Program-made: the position numbers and the translations under genes
The notes under the pieces: model-generated
Told to the model about the DNA's origin: nothing
Databases searched by the model: none
Seen by the model: the letters and a program-made list of their open reading frames with translations, nothing else
Part shown: piece by piece, positions 21,925 through 33,399 of the stretch
Position numbering within the stretch: the stretch's first letter is position 1
Layout of the letters: the number at the start of each line of letters is the position of its first letter
Assembly: GCA_963796965.1 (NCBI GenBank)
Contig: CAWCNS010000006.1
Location: 384,001 to 448,000 of the forward strand
Direction of reading: 5' to 3'
DNA length: 64,000 nt
Source: Calditrichia bacterium
GTDB lineage: Bacteria > Calditrichota > Calditrichia > JAJRVZ01

Positions 21925-23202
21925 ATGAAAAAAGTGAATATTATGCATTTTATGGCTCTTATTGGTGTACTTCTTTTTAGTGTAAATATAGTTTTTGCGC
22001 AATTTGAAGATGATGATGTTTTTGGAGAGGAACAAACGGAAGTTGTCTGTGTACCAGAATCAATGTTAACCGCCTATGACAATATTGAATATGGCGAGGT
22101 TTCCCTGGATGATATCAGACAATCCTATAGTTTTGGCAGTGAATATTATAAAAACAAAAACTACAAGTCTGCTTTGCCTTATCTATGGAAAGTTTTTATT
22201 AATGATTCCACAAAATATGCCCGAAATGCTATCCGAAAAATAGCAGATTCCTACTTTAAACTTCAACAAGCGGACAGCACGTTTATTGCCTGTTACCGCG
22301 GACTGGAAAAATATCCGGACCATATTATTCTTCATTATTTTGCAGGATTTTTACAGGATAATCTTGGACACCCTGAATGCGCACTTGTGCATTATGAAGC
22401 ATTGGTAGCAGATAATCCGGAAAAAACCGAATACCTGGAAAAGCTTGCCTTTTTGTATTATAAAGAAGAAGATGAAAAAGCAATTGAGATTCAGGAAAAA
22501 CTGACAAAAATAGATCCTAAAAACAGTAAATATGCCAATACATTGGCTCAGTATATGGATCATTTTTATGGGCAGGGCGGGGGACTGGCGGCATATAAAC
22601 AAGCCTGGGAAAATGATCCGGAAAATATGGAGTTTGCATATAAATATGGAAAAGCAGCCTATGATGCCGGTGAATATAAGGCGACTTTGGTTCCTTTGAA
22701 ACAGGTCGTAGAAAAAGATCCTAAAAATAATGATGCACATAAATTTATTGCTATGGCTGATGAAAGTTTAGAGAACTATAGCCATGCGATTATAGAATAC
22801 AAAAAGATTCTGGAAACAGACCAAGAAAATGCGGATATTATGGTTGCGATTGCCATTGATTATAGATATCTCAATCAATTCCAAAATGCGATGTATTGGG
22901 TAAACAAAGCGTTATCCGCTAAATCTGGATATGGACTTGCCTATATCGCCAAGGCTGAAATATATGAAGCAGCGGTCCCATACTGTCAGGATAAGGGAAA
23001 TCGTAAAAGAAAATATGATGATGGTCTGGTTTATGAAATGGCCCAACAGCAATATAAAAAGGCTATGAAAGACCCTAATTATAAGGCAGAGGCCAGACGT
23101 CGAATGAACAATTTAAAACCCTATCTTCCAACTGATGAAGAAAAGTTTATGAATCAGAATCGGAAAAAACTTAAAGGATTCTTGTTATACCAGCTGGATT
23201 AA
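21925..23202 (+). CDS. Secreted tetratricopeptide-repeat protein
   Basis: Signal peptide and repeated TPR patterns. The last codons may be frameshifted; alternative end KDSCYTSWIK* at 23206. Confidence 0.8.
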   Translation: MKKVNIMHFMALIGVLLFSVNIVFAQFEDDDVFGEEQTEVVCVPESMLTAYDNIEYGEVSLDDIRQSYSFGSEYYKNKNYKSALPYLWKVFINDSTKYARNAIRKIADSYFKLQQADSTFIACYRGLEKYPDHIILHYFAGFLQDNLGHPECALVHYEALVADNPEKTEYLEKLAFLYYKEEDEKAIEIQEKLTKIDPKNSKYANTLAQYMDHFYGQGGGLAAYKQAWENDPENMEFAYKYGKAAYDAGEYKATLVPLKQVVEKDPKNNDAHKFIAMADESLENYSHAIIEYKKILETDQENADIMVAIAIDYRYLNQFQNAMYWVNKALSAKSGYGLAYIAKAEIYEAAVPYCQDKGNRKRKYDDGLVYEMAQQQYKKAMKDPNYKAEARRRMNNLKPYLPTDEEKFMNQNRKKLKGFLLYQLD

Positions 23203-23217
23203 ATAGGGAATTAAACA

Positions 23218-23658
23218 TTGAAAATAGCCTTAGCATCTGACCATGCCGGGTTTCAATTAAAAGATTCCCTAAAAAGGTTTTTAGATAGTAAAGATTTATC
23301 CTACACAGATTTTGGCGTCTTCAATATGGATGAAGACGATTATCCTCAATATGCCTATAAAGCCTGTAATGCTATAATACAAGATCAATATGATCGTGGT
23401 GTTCTAATATGTGGCACAGGTATTGGTATGTGTATTACTGCAAATAAAGTTAAAGGTATTCGTGCAACACTTGGTTATGATATTGAATTGGCACAGCTAA
23501 GTCGTTTGCATAATGATGCCAATGTTATCTGTTTTGGGGGGCGGTATATTAAAGAGTCCCTTGCAATGGATATTCTTGATGTTTGGCTTAATACTTCTTT
23601 TGAAGGTGGTCGACATCAACGACGTGTTAAATTGATTAGTAATTTAACCGGTTTATAA
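23218..23658 (+). CDS. rpiB: Ribose-5-phosphate isomerase B
   Basis: [36 protein letters not shown]. Confidence 0.96.
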   Translation: MKIALASDHAGFQLKDSLKRFLDSKDLSYTDFGVFNMDEDDYPQYAYKACNAIIQDQYDRGVLICGTGIGMCITANKVKGIRATLGYDIELAQLSRLHNDANVICFGGRYIKESLAMDILDVWLNTSFEGGRHQRRVKLISNLTGL

Positions 23659-23668
23659 AGAGGTAGAA

Positions 23669-24961
23669 ATGTTAGGGGAAGTAAAATTAAAAGATCCTGA
23701 AGTATATAAGGCAATTTGTGGAGAAATTGATCGCCAAGAAAACAAACTCGAACTTATTGCATCGGAGAATTTTGTAAGTAAAACTGTATTGGAAGCTGCT
23801 GGTTCTGTGCTTACAAATAAATATGCTGAAGGCTATCCGGCTAAGAGATATTATGGTGGTTGTGAATTTGTTGATATTGCAGAAGATCTTGCCCGTGACC
23901 GATTGAAAAAACTTTTTGATTGTGAATATGTAAATGTACAGCCTCATTCCGGTAGTCAAGCCAATATGGCGGTGTATTTTACTTATTTGAAACCTGGTGA
24001 TACGATTCTTGGAATGAATCTGGCCCATGGTGGTCATTTAACTCATGGGTCACATGTAAATTTTTCCGGAAAGATGTATAAGGTTATTCCATATGGTGTT
24101 CGACAGGATACCGGTAGAATTGATATGGACGAAGTGGCCAAACTGGCCGCAGAGCATAAGCCTAAAATGATTGTTGTTGGAGCCAGTGCTTATTCCAGAT
24201 TCTATGAATTTGACAAATTTCGAGAGATTGCCTCTAAACATGAAAGCATTTTATTTGCCGATGTTGCACATCCGGCTGGATTGATTGCCGCTGGCTTGCA
24301 CCCTAGCCCAATCCCCTATTGTGATATTGTTACTTCGACAACACATAAAACATTACGTGGTCCGCGTGGTGGCATTATAATGATTGGTAAAGATACCGAA
24401 AATAAAATGGGTATTGTGGCACCCAAATCGGGTCGCGTAAAGATGATGTCTGAAGTTGTTGATAGTAATGTTATGCCTGGTATACAGGGTGGTCCACTAA
24501 TGCATATTATTGCTGCAAAAGCGGTTGCTTTTGGCGAAGCTTTAAAGCCCTCATTTAAAGAATATGCGCAACAAATCATTAATAATGCACAAACTCTTAG
24601 TAAAGAACTGCTAAATTATGGTTATGATATTGTATCCGGAGGTACCGATAATCATGTGTTTCTTGTTGATTTGACCAATAAAGAAATTACCGGTAAAGAT
24701 GCAGAAAATGCTTTACACCGCGCGGGAATGACGGTTAATAAAAACATGGTACCATTTGATACAAAAAGTCCATTGGTTACAAGTGGTATACGTCTGGGAA
24801 CAGCAGCACTTACGACCAAAGGTATGAAAGAAAATGAGATGAAGACAATCGCCGTCTTTATTGATCGCATACTGAAAAAAATTGATTCTGAAGATGAGTC
24901 ACTATCTGTATTGAAAGAAGTAAAAGAATTAGCGGGCCAATTTCCGCTTTATGATTTTTAA
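23669..24961 (+). CDS. glyA: Serine hydroxymethyltransferase
   Basis: [37 protein letters not shown]. Confidence 0.98.
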   Translation: MLGEVKLKDPEVYKAICGEIDRQENKLELIASENFVSKTVLEAAGSVLTNKYAEGYPAKRYYGGCEFVDIAEDLARDRLKKLFDCEYVNVQPHSGSQANMAVYFTYLKPGDTILGMNLAHGGHLTHGSHVNFSGKMYKVIPYGVRQDTGRIDMDEVAKLAAEHKPKMIVVGASAYSRFYEFDKFREIASKHESILFADVAHPAGLIAAGLHPSPIPYCDIVTSTTHKTLRGPRGGIIMIGKDTENKMGIVAPKSGRVKMMSEVVDSNVMPGIQGGPLMHIIAAKAVAFGEALKPSFKEYAQQIINNAQTLSKELLNYGYDIVSGGTDNHVFLVDLTNKEITGKDAENALHRAGMTVNKNMVPFDTKSPLVTSGIRLGTAALTTKGMKENEMKTIAVFIDRILKKIDSEDESLSVLKEVKELAGQFPLYDF

Positions 24962-24984
24962 AATCTTAAAAGTATATCCAGAAT

Positions 24985-25728
24985 ATGACACGAGAAGAGT
25001 TAAATGAAAAAGAAATGCCATTTTTAGATCATTTAGAAGAATTAAGATGGCGATTACTTAAATCTGTAATTTGCGTTTTTGTGATGATGCTTCTATGCTT
25101 TTTAGTATCGGATCAAATCCTTGATTTTCTACTTTATCCTGGTCAAAACATTGAACCACCGGTACCTTTACAGGTACTAAAAGTCCAGACAGTTTTTATT
25201 ATTAAACTGGAAATTGCTTTGTTTGCCGGTATTATTCTTAGTTTGCCGGTAATATTTTATCAATTCTGGCAGTTTTTGTCTCCGGGACTTCATCTTAAAG
25301 AACGGAAAATACTTCCGGCTGTCGTTTTTGCTTCCGTTGTATGTTTTTTGATAGGCGGGATGTTTGCCTATTTTATCATCATACCCTATGCATTACAGTT
25401 TTTTCTGGGTCTCGCACCAACAAATATTGAAAATAATATTGCTCTAGATTTTTATATTGGCTTTCTCTTACGCTTAATAATAGTTTTTGGTGTCGTTTTT
25501 GAACTACCAATGCTCAGTTTTATCCTTACAAAGTTTGGTATTCTTACACCGACCTTCATGAGAAAATACCGGAGATATGCTATTGTTGGCGCTTTTATTC
25601 TCGGAGCAATTTTGACACCTCCGGATCCAACCACACAGGTAATGCTTGCCCTGCCAATTGTATTATTATATGAACTTAGTATTTACATATCCTTTGTATT
25701 TGCACCAAAGCCTGAACTGTCGGAGTGA
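24985..25728 (+). CDS. tatC: Twin-arginine translocase subunit TatC
   Basis: MPFLDHLEELRWRL, YQFWQFLSPGL, FELP, ILTPPD. Confidence 0.96.
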   Translation: MTREELNEKEMPFLDHLEELRWRLLKSVICVFVMMLLCFLVSDQILDFLLYPGQNIEPPVPLQVLKVQTVFIIKLEIALFAGIILSLPVIFYQFWQFLSPGLHLKERKILPAVVFASVVCFLIGGMFAYFIIIPYALQFFLGLAPTNIENNIALDFYIGFLLRLIIVFGVVFELPMLSFILTKFGILTPTFMRKYRRYAIVGAFILGAILTPPDPTTQVMLALPIVLLYELSIYISFVFAPKPELSE

Positions 25729-25845
25729 AATAAGTTAATCAACTTGCTTGGTATTCAGCAGTTATCTAAATTTTTTAATCCTTAAAATTTTTATCTCAAC
25801 ATAATTTATATTGGAAATTAATCCGGAAAGATTCTCCTGAAACAT

Positions 25846-26823
25846 ATGAGTAAAAAATTAGCAGATATAAAATCTTTTTTAAAAAAAGACATGGAAATTT
25901 ATAATAAAACATTGATGGAAGTATTATCTTCCAATGTATTTCTGATAGACAATATTTCAAAATATATTGTCAAACATAAAGGAAAGGGGTTGCGTCCCTT
26001 ACTTGTGCTCCTTAGTGCACGATTATTGGGTGAGCCCAATAAAAACACGTATGCAGTGGCCAGCATTGTTGAGTTGCTTCACACAGCCACATTGATCCAT
26101 GATGATGTTGTTGACAACGCGGAGGAAAGAAGAAATTTTCCTTCAATTAATGCCGTATGGAAAAACAAAATAAGTGTATTAATGGGAGATTATTTATTGG
26201 CCAAATCGTTGATAAGCGCGACAGATACGGGCGAATTGGATATAATGTATGTATTGGCCGATACATCAAAGCGATTGAGCAAAGGTGAGTTACTTCAAAT
26301 TGAAAAAAGCCGGAAGTTAGATATTACAGAAGAAGATTATTTGCAGATAATATCTGATAAGACGGCTGCATTATTGAGTGCTTGTTGTTTGCTCGGTGCA
26401 ATGACGATTACTTCTGAGGAAAAAGAAAAACAACGTTTGCAGCAGTTTGGTGAAAATCTTGGAATTGCTTTCCAAATAAAAGATGATCTCTTGGACTTTC
26501 AAGGAGATCGAGCCATTCTTGGAAAAGCTGTTGGGGCAGATTTGAAAGAAAAAAAGATCACCCTACCATTGATTTTAGCCTTTCAAAAAGCGCCACTTAG
26601 AGAAAAGAAGAAAATTTTAAGTCTGATAAAAAAAGGTGTAACGGATAAAGAAATTAAAACCGTGAATAGTTTTGCCCATAATTATAGAGGCTTGGAAGCC
26701 GCCCATGAATACGTAAATATTTATGCAGAAAAGGCCCGTACAAATATTTCTGATATTGAGGATAGTCTGGCAAAAACAAATGCTCTGAATTTTGTTGACT
26801 ACATCATCAGCAGAAAAAGATAA
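25846..26823 (+). CDS. Polyprenyl diphosphate synthase (IspB-like)
   Basis: GKGLRP, LIHDDVVD..RR and FQIKDDLLD aspartate-rich motifs. Confidence 0.93.
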   Translation: MSKKLADIKSFLKKDMEIYNKTLMEVLSSNVFLIDNISKYIVKHKGKGLRPLLVLLSARLLGEPNKNTYAVASIVELLHTATLIHDDVVDNAEERRNFPSINAVWKNKISVLMGDYLLAKSLISATDTGELDIMYVLADTSKRLSKGELLQIEKSRKLDITEEDYLQIISDKTAALLSACCLLGAMTITSEEKEKQRLQQFGENLGIAFQIKDDLLDFQGDRAILGKAVGADLKEKKITLPLILAFQKAPLREKKKILSLIKKGVTDKEIKTVNSFAHNYRGLEAAHEYVNIYAEKARTNISDIEDSLAKTNALNFVDYIISRKR

Positions 26824-26835
26824 GTTTGTAAAGCG

Positions 26836-27861
26836 ATGGCTGATTTTCCTCTCAAAATTCTAATAATACGTCTTAGTTCCATTGGTGATATCCTTCTGGC
26901 AACACCTTTTATCCGACAAACTAAAAAGAAATTCCCACAGGCACGCATTGATTTTATTATTAAAAATGAATTTAAAGATTTGCTGGACTTTAATCCCCAT
27001 ATTGAAAATCTCTATACACTAGATCTGAAAAATGATAGTGCAGCGCTAAAAGAGATGAAAAATATTTTACGTGCAAATTCGTATGATGTCATTTTTGATC
27101 TTCATAATAATCTTCGCAGTAATTTTTTAAGAAGAGGATGTGGTGCAAAAAAAAGCAGAAAGATCTATAAGAGTAAACTAATTCAAATATTACTGGTATA
27201 TTTAAAAATTAATATATATAAAGATATTATCCCCATTCCCATTAGATATTTGGAAGTTGGAGCCGATTTTAATATAAAAGATGATGAAAAAGGTTTAGAA
27301 ATCTTTTGGGATCAGGATACAATAAATTCTGTTGATAAAAAAAGTGAATTTGAAAAAAAAGATTCATTTATATGTTTGGCCCCTGGTGCAGCTCATTTCA
27401 CTAAGCGATGGCCCAAAGAACATTTTAAGGAGCTGTGTGAAATAGTAGAAAAAAAGACGAATTTTAAAATAGTTTTGCTAGGAGGAGATGCAGATAAGGA
27501 ACTTGGGAATTATTTGTCACAGGATAATCATGTTTATGACTATACTGGAAAATTAAGTTTGTTAGAATCCGCAAACCTTATGTCCCGGGCTAAAGCGTTG
27601 GTAACAAATGATACCGGTTTAATGCATATGGGTACAGCTGTGGATATTCCTGTTCTTGCACTTTTTGGCTCAACAGTTCAGGCCTTTGGGTTTTTCCCAT
27701 TCAGAGGGAAATCGAAAGTATTAGAAAAAAATGATCTTTCATGTCGACCCTGCACACATATCGGACGGTCTACATGTCCTAAGGATCATTTTAGATGTAT
27801 GTATGAGTTATATCCTGAACAGGTTTTTAGAAATCTTGATATTTTACTTTATAATGCATAG
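26836..27861 (+). CDS. Lipopolysaccharide heptosyltransferase (GT9, WaaF-like)
   Basis: IRLSSIGDILL, APGA...KRWP, TNDTGLMH, LFGST, CRPC...CP..HF.CM. Confidence 0.9.
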   Translation: MADFPLKILIIRLSSIGDILLATPFIRQTKKKFPQARIDFIIKNEFKDLLDFNPHIENLYTLDLKNDSAALKEMKNILRANSYDVIFDLHNNLRSNFLRRGCGAKKSRKIYKSKLIQILLVYLKINIYKDIIPIPIRYLEVGADFNIKDDEKGLEIFWDQDTINSVDKKSEFEKKDSFICLAPGAAHFTKRWPKEHFKELCEIVEKKTNFKIVLLGGDADKELGNYLSQDNHVYDYTGKLSLLESANLMSRAKALVTNDTGLMHMGTAVDIPVLALFGSTVQAFGFFPFRGKSKVLEKNDLSCRPCTHIGRSTCPKDHFRCMYELYPEQVFRNLDILLYNA

Positions 27862-27985
27862 AACCAAAAGATATGGAAAAGTGTAAATATTCCAGTTAGT
27901 GGGCACTTGATTCTCATCATTTCAAGGGAAAAAGTGAGTGCCTTAAAATCAAGGGACGAATACCAAGCACCAGATAATCATAATC

Positions 27986-29266
27986 ATGAAAAAAATTTGG
28001 CAATACCTCTACTATATTATTGTTACGCCTTTTTTTATTTTCGGGATTCATATGGCAGCCATATTCTCAGCTAAAATTCGCAGCGGCCTTTTACCACGAT
28101 ATGTAACGATCAAAAGATTAAAAGAATGGCTCCACCAAAATAATCCCCAGGGTAAACGCATCTTGTTTCACACAGCCTCCTTGGGTGAATATGAGCATAT
28201 CCGTCCGCTTCTTGAAATGATGAAAGAGGAATATGGAACAGTAAATATTGTTACTTTTTTTTCTCCTTCAGGATATAAAAATGTTGGTAAAGATCCCTCT
28301 TTGGATTTTTATTTCTATACACCTTTTGACCGAAAAAAAAATTGGTCAGATGTTTATAATTTAGTTAACCCCACTCTTATTATTATAGCAAAATGGGATA
28401 TCTGGCCCGGACAAATCTGGACAGCTAAGAAGATGAATATTCCCATATATTTAGTCAATGCATCTTTACGTGGAGACTCCCGTCGTACAAAGACGGGGGT
28501 AAAACGATTTTTAAAACATGTATTTCGGGACTTCTCGGTTATTTTTGCGGTTTCTGATGTGGATGGAGAACGAATTATTAAGCATTTTCCCGGTTGCCCG
28601 GTTGAAGTTGTTGGAGATACAAAATATGATCAGGTTGTCCTGCGTAAAAAACATGCACTCTCGCAAGATCTGATTCCGGAGAGCTGGACAAAAAACAGCT
28701 GGATATTTATAGCCGGTAGTATATGGCCGGAAGATGAAGAGCATTTATTTCCGGCATTGAAAAAGTTTATTGAAGGAAAGAAAGATGTCCGTATTATCCT
28801 TGTCCCTCATCAACCGGAGCAAAAGGCAATTGAAAAAATAGTAAACAATTTTAAAGAATGGGGAGTACAAAAATTTAGCAATCGAGAACAACTTCTCGAT
28901 GAACGTATATTAGTCATTGACGCCATCGGTTACCTGGCAGGATTATATCATTATGCTCAATTAGCGTATGTAGGGGGGAGTTTTCGGCAAGGTATTCACA
29001 ATGTGATGGAGCCTGCAATTTTTGGTATACCTGTTTTATATGGACCAGTTCATGAGAATTCACATGAGGCTGTTGAGTTCTCAAAAGGAAATGGTGGATT
29101 TGTGGTAAAAATTTGGAAAGATATTTATAATCACACATCCAACTTCTATGAGAATAATAATGAAAGATTATTGTTTGGAGATAAAGCAGAGAAATTTGCT
29201 CTAAGAAATACGGGGGCGACAAAAGAATTACTTGGAAATTGGCAAGATTTACTAAACGCAACCTAA
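27986..29266 (+). CDS. waaA: 3-deoxy-D-manno-octulosonic-acid transferase (GT30)
   Basis: FHTASLGE, TFFSPSG, GDTKYD, AGS, YVGGSF..GIHNVMEPA. Confidence 0.92.
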   Translation: MKKIWQYLYYIIVTPFFIFGIHMAAIFSAKIRSGLLPRYVTIKRLKEWLHQNNPQGKRILFHTASLGEYEHIRPLLEMMKEEYGTVNIVTFFSPSGYKNVGKDPSLDFYFYTPFDRKKNWSDVYNLVNPTLIIIAKWDIWPGQIWTAKKMNIPIYLVNASLRGDSRRTKTGVKRFLKHVFRDFSVIFAVSDVDGERIIKHFPGCPVEVVGDTKYDQVVLRKKHALSQDLIPESWTKNSWIFIAGSIWPEDEEHLFPALKKFIEGKKDVRIILVPHQPEQKAIEKIVNNFKEWGVQKFSNREQLLDERILVIDAIGYLAGLYHYAQLAYVGGSFRQGIHNVMEPAIFGIPVLYGPVHENSHEAVEFSKGNGGFVVKIWKDIYNHTSNFYENNNERLLFGDKAEKFALRNTGATKELLGNWQDLLNAT

Positions 29267-29303
29267 ACCTGCCGACTTTTTAATTGAATAAATTGATGGT
29301 ATT

Positions 29304-30113
29304 ATGGCATCATTAAATAGACAAAGAGTATTATTTAATAAATCCTTCGAAAAAATCAGGGAAAACACCTACTTTGTTTTGGTTGAACCGGAGGTTGAGG
29401 GTAATGTTGGCGCATCTGCCCGGGCCCTAAAAACAAGTGGTTTTAAAAATCTAATAATAGTCAATCCAAATTATGACAAGAATCACAAAGAGATTGAATG
29501 GATGGCACACCGCTCGGAAGATATTATTGAAAAGGCTAAGGTCGTTTCAAATTTTGGGGATGCAATATCAGACAAACGGCTAGTCGTGGCAACAACTCAA
29601 AGAAAGCGACATTTTAAATTTCCATTATATTCTCCAGAGGATATTGCAACCAAGATTGAAGAAGTTGCCACTGAACATCCTGTGGCCATTGTTTTCGGTC
29701 GTGAACGAACAGGATTGACAAATCAGGAATTGCTCAGATGTCACATTCACTCAACCATTCAAACAGCAACACAAAATCCCTCTCTGAATCTGGCGCAATC
29801 TGTTATGCTCTATGCCCATACCTTTTTTAAGTCTCAAAATGTAAAACATCCAATATTAACATACGATCTTGCTTCTCAATATGAATTAGAAAAATTTTAT
29901 GACCACTTAGAAAAAAGCATAAGAGATGTTGGTTTTGTCCCCAGAGACAGCTTTGACGATTTTGTCACGAGGTTTAAGCGTCTACTAGGCCGATCCCTTG
30001 CTGAAAAACGGGATGTGCGATTGCTGCATAAACTCCTCCAGATCTATGAATCAAAAATATCCCACCTTGAAGAGCAGGTTGGAGATAAGAAAATCAACAA
30101 AAAGATATATTGA
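29304..30113 (+). CDS. trmJ: TrmJ/LasT-family SPOUT RNA methyltransferase
   Basis: VLVEP...GNVGASARA, VFGRERTGLTNQEL, SLNLAQSV. Confidence 0.85.
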   Translation: MASLNRQRVLFNKSFEKIRENTYFVLVEPEVEGNVGASARALKTSGFKNLIIVNPNYDKNHKEIEWMAHRSEDIIEKAKVVSNFGDAISDKRLVVATTQRKRHFKFPLYSPEDIATKIEEVATEHPVAIVFGRERTGLTNQELLRCHIHSTIQTATQNPSLNLAQSVMLYAHTFFKSQNVKHPILTYDLASQYELEKFYDHLEKSIRDVGFVPRDSFDDFVTRFKRLLGRSLAEKRDVRLLHKLLQIYESKISHLEEQVGDKKINKKIY

Positions 30114-30215
30114 AAGAACCATGGTTATAATATTTGCCTTTATATTCTATGGATATTTGTTTAAATTTTTAAATATTCTTTTGATTGATCTGTTTGAAAA
30201 TAAAAGTAAGAGGTC

Positions 30216-30734
30216 ATGATGGATACGAAAGAGATGGAAGAAGTTCTACAAAAGTCGCTGGCCCTGGAAGAAGAGGGATATAAGTGGTATTCAGAGGGTG
30301 CGGAAAAGATAACGAACTCGTTGGGTCGGAGAATGTTGGAACGATTGGCCAATGATGAGCTAAATCATATGAAAAGAATCAAAGATATTTACGCATCACT
30401 TACAAGCAATAAGATGGATGAAGTTATAATTGATCCGCCCAAATTAGTCCTGTTCGATGAAATTTTTAAGCGTATGAAGGACCAAATAGATGAAGCGGTA
30501 GATGATTTGACAGAAGTTGGAGTAGATGATGAAGAAATTATCAATGTTGCTCTGGAACTAGAAGCCCATGCTCGGTTTTTCTATGAAGAAGCTGCACAGA
30601 AAACCACAAATATTAAAGTTAAAGAGTTTTATGAACTACTGGCAAAAGAGGAAAAATTTCACCAGGAACTTCTTCAGAAAACAAACCAATATCTTGAAAA
30701 CCCCTCATTATTTTTCGGGATGGACGGCCGATAA
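30216..30734 (+). CDS. Ferritin-like / rubrerythrin-family protein
   Basis: Two repeats of E-x6-Y...E-x2-H (ALEEEGYKWY/DELNH and LELEAHARFFY/EEKFH). Confidence 0.85.
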   Translation: MMDTKEMEEVLQKSLALEEEGYKWYSEGAEKITNSLGRRMLERLANDELNHMKRIKDIYASLTSNKMDEVIIDPPKLVLFDEIFKRMKDQIDEAVDDLTEVGVDDEEIINVALELEAHARFFYEEAAQKTTNIKVKEFYELLAKEEKFHQELLQKTNQYLENPSLFFGMDGR

Positions 30735-31092
30735 TAAAATCTTTGCGGTGAAAATTTATTGTTTCCAGAAGGTTCATGAAAAATAGTGAGAATTCCATGT
30801 TAAAGACGCTGCTATCGAGCTGGGTTTTTTATTTTTAGGAGTTATTTGCAAGTAAAGAACTATATCGAAAAAAACTTTACATTTATTGGTTTCCTTCCTT
30901 GACCGTAAACCTGGATCACTTACAAACCGGATTAAGCAATTTTCATGATCATCAAATAATAATCTCTTTGATAACGAATTAATAGATATTATTTACTCTT
31001 GTTTGTGAATATATTATCTTTGGGTTGTTAGGTTCTGATTTATTGTGCTATTATAAGTGAATATAAACCTTATTATCAGAAAGGAAGATGTA

Positions 31093-33198
31093 ATGAAGAA
31101 GGATTTTCAGGTATGCATTTCTCATCCAACGAATTATCTTTGGATGATTGCGTTATTATCCATCTTTTTAATAAGTACGGCAATTGCAAAAGACTCTTTG
31201 ACACCGGCGGATGTGCTTAAAACCCAAAGCTGTAGTTCTCCACAGATCAGCCCGGATGGTGTGTGGATAGCCTATACACAGAGCATCCCACGGAAACTGA
31301 CAGATCCGGCCGGTAGGGCTTATAGCGAATTGCACATAATTTCGGTAAAGACTGGTGAAGTGAAAGCGTTTCTTACAGGAAAAGTGAATGTAAGTTCTCC
31401 CCGGTGGAGTATTGATGGTAATAAAATTGGATTTTTAATGAAGAGGGGAGAAAAAGCAAAAACACAAATCTGGGCTATTTCACTAAATGGAGGGGAGGCC
31501 GTCCAGATAAGTAATGCGAAGTCCAGCATTTCAAGTTTTGAATGGCATCCGGATGGCAAGAATATACTATATCTGGCCACCACACCAAAATCCAAGAAAG
31601 AGCTTGAACTGGATAAAAAGGGCTATGGATTTATCTATTACCAGGAAAATTTGAAAAATAGGAATCTTTACCAATTAAATTTGACAGAAGAGGATCCGCA
31701 AAAGAAAATCATTCAATTAACAAAAGATGTAACGATATGGGACTTTCGTATTAGCCGAGATGGCAAAAAGATAGCGGCCTCTGTGTCAACTAAGAATTTA
31801 ATCGATCATCGCTACATGTTTCGAAAAATAAATATACTCGATCTGGCCAGCAGACAGCTTAAACAATTAACCGATAATCCCGGAAAGCTAGGTAACTATG
31901 CCTTTAGCCCGGATGGATCAAAATTAGTCTATAATTCATCCCTTACCAGAGCAGATCATCAGGTCAGTCAGGTATTTGTGATCGATACGAGGGGGGGGCA
32001 GGCTAAGAATCTTACGATCAAGGATTTTCGCGGTCATGTTAATTGGGTTGGATGGTATGATAATGAAACGGTTTTATACCAATCCGGTGAAGGTGTCTGG
32101 TCCACATTAAGTTCTGTGTCTGCCGACGGTGGCGAAAGGGATGTTTTATTAGATTCGAAGGAAAGCGGTATAATATTTAGCAGAATCACATTTAACCGGA
32201 CACATCAATTTGCAATGATAGGTTCTTCTTCAAAAATACCGGGGGACATTTATTATTGGGAACCGGATGATAAGATGATAAGATTGACAAAGATTAACCC
32301 CTGGTTAGAAGAAAAGAATCTTGGCAGACAAGAAGTCCTTCATTATAATGCCCGCGACGGATTGGAGATTGAAGGTTTGCTCATTTATCCTGTTGGATAT
32401 GAAAAGGGTAAAAGGTACCCCTTAATCGTTTATGTCCATGGTGGACCGGAGCATCATCAATCTAATAATTGGTTTACCCGGTATTCAACCCCAGCTCAGG
32501 TAATGGCTGGAAAGGGATATGCCATATTTTATCCCAACTACCGTGCGAGCACTGGATATGGTGTCAAATTTAGTATGGAAGGATTTGGAGATCCTGCCGG
32601 CAAGGAATTTGATGATATTGCTGATGGTATTGATTATCTGGTTGCAGAAGGAATCGCGGATAAAGAAAAAGTGGGATTAGCTGGCGGTTCTTATGGCGGC
32701 TATGCTTCTGGTTGGTTTGCTACTTATTATACAAAGTATGTTAAAGCAGTCTGTATGTTTGTAGGCTTGAGCGATGTAATCAGCAGAATGGGAACGACTG
32801 ATATCCCATATGAAGAGTTGTATGTGCATTCTGGTAAAAAGTTGGAAGATATGTGGCAATTGGCGTTAGAGCGGAGTCCAATATATTGGGCACACCAGAG
32901 CAAAACGGCAACATTGATCTACGGAGGAGCTGCTGATACAAGGGTACATCCTTCACAAAGCATGGAATTGTATTGGCGGATGAGAATGAATGATCATACA
33001 GCGGTAAGGTTAGTTCAATATCCTGGTGAAAGACACGGCAATTCCAAGCAACCTGGTCGGGCAGATGTTCTCTACCGTCAAATCCAATGGTTCGACTGGT
33101 ATGTAAAAGATGCCAAACCTCTGGATGGACCTATGCCACCTTTAGACATAAGCGATCAATTTGGATTAGATATTCATGAATGTAAATGCAACGAATGA
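31093..33198 (+). CDS. S9 family peptidase (acylaminoacyl/dipeptidyl peptidase-like)
   Basis: Signal peptide, SPDG propeller repeats, VHGGP, GGSYGG, DTRV, GERH catalytic triad. Confidence 0.92.
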   Translation: MKKDFQVCISHPTNYLWMIALLSIFLISTAIAKDSLTPADVLKTQSCSSPQISPDGVWIAYTQSIPRKLTDPAGRAYSELHIISVKTGEVKAFLTGKVNVSSPRWSIDGNKIGFLMKRGEKAKTQIWAISLNGGEAVQISNAKSSISSFEWHPDGKNILYLATTPKSKKELELDKKGYGFIYYQENLKNRNLYQLNLTEEDPQKKIIQLTKDVTIWDFRISRDGKKIAASVSTKNLIDHRYMFRKINILDLASRQLKQLTDNPGKLGNYAFSPDGSKLVYNSSLTRADHQVSQVFVIDTRGGQAKNLTIKDFRGHVNWVGWYDNETVLYQSGEGVWSTLSSVSADGGERDVLLDSKESGIIFSRITFNRTHQFAMIGSSSKIPGDIYYWEPDDKMIRLTKINPWLEEKNLGRQEVLHYNARDGLEIEGLLIYPVGYEKGKRYPLIVYVHGGPEHHQSNNWFTRYSTPAQVMAGKGYAIFYPNYRASTGYGVKFSMEGFGDPAGKEFDDIADGIDYLVAEGIADKEKVGLAGGSYGGYASGWFATYYTKYVKAVCMFVGLSDVISRMGTTDIPYEELYVHSGKKLEDMWQLALERSPIYWAHQSKTATLIYGGAADTRVHPSQSMELYWRMRMNDHTAVRLVQYPGERHGNSKQPGRADVLYRQIQWFDWYVKDAKPLDGPMPPLDISDQFGLDIHECKCNE

Positions 33199-33225
33199 TT
33201 TATTCAAATAGATAAATAAGTATTT

Positions 33226-33262
33226 AAAAAGCAGAGGTGGTAGGCTGTGCCTCTGCTTTTTT
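33226..33262 (+). terminator. Rho-independent terminator
   Basis: AAAAAGCAGAGG...CCTCTGCTTTTTT hairpin 28 bp after the S9 peptidase stop. Confidence 0.85.
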
Positions 33263-33399
33263 ATTAACTTTAAACATTTGTTCCTTCAAAACAGGATCCC
33301 TTGAAAAGCAGATAATCACATTACTTCCAATAAAAAGACGCATCTTTATTTAGTCTCTTTCGTATGTCATACTAAGGTAATCGAGACCATTTAACAAAG

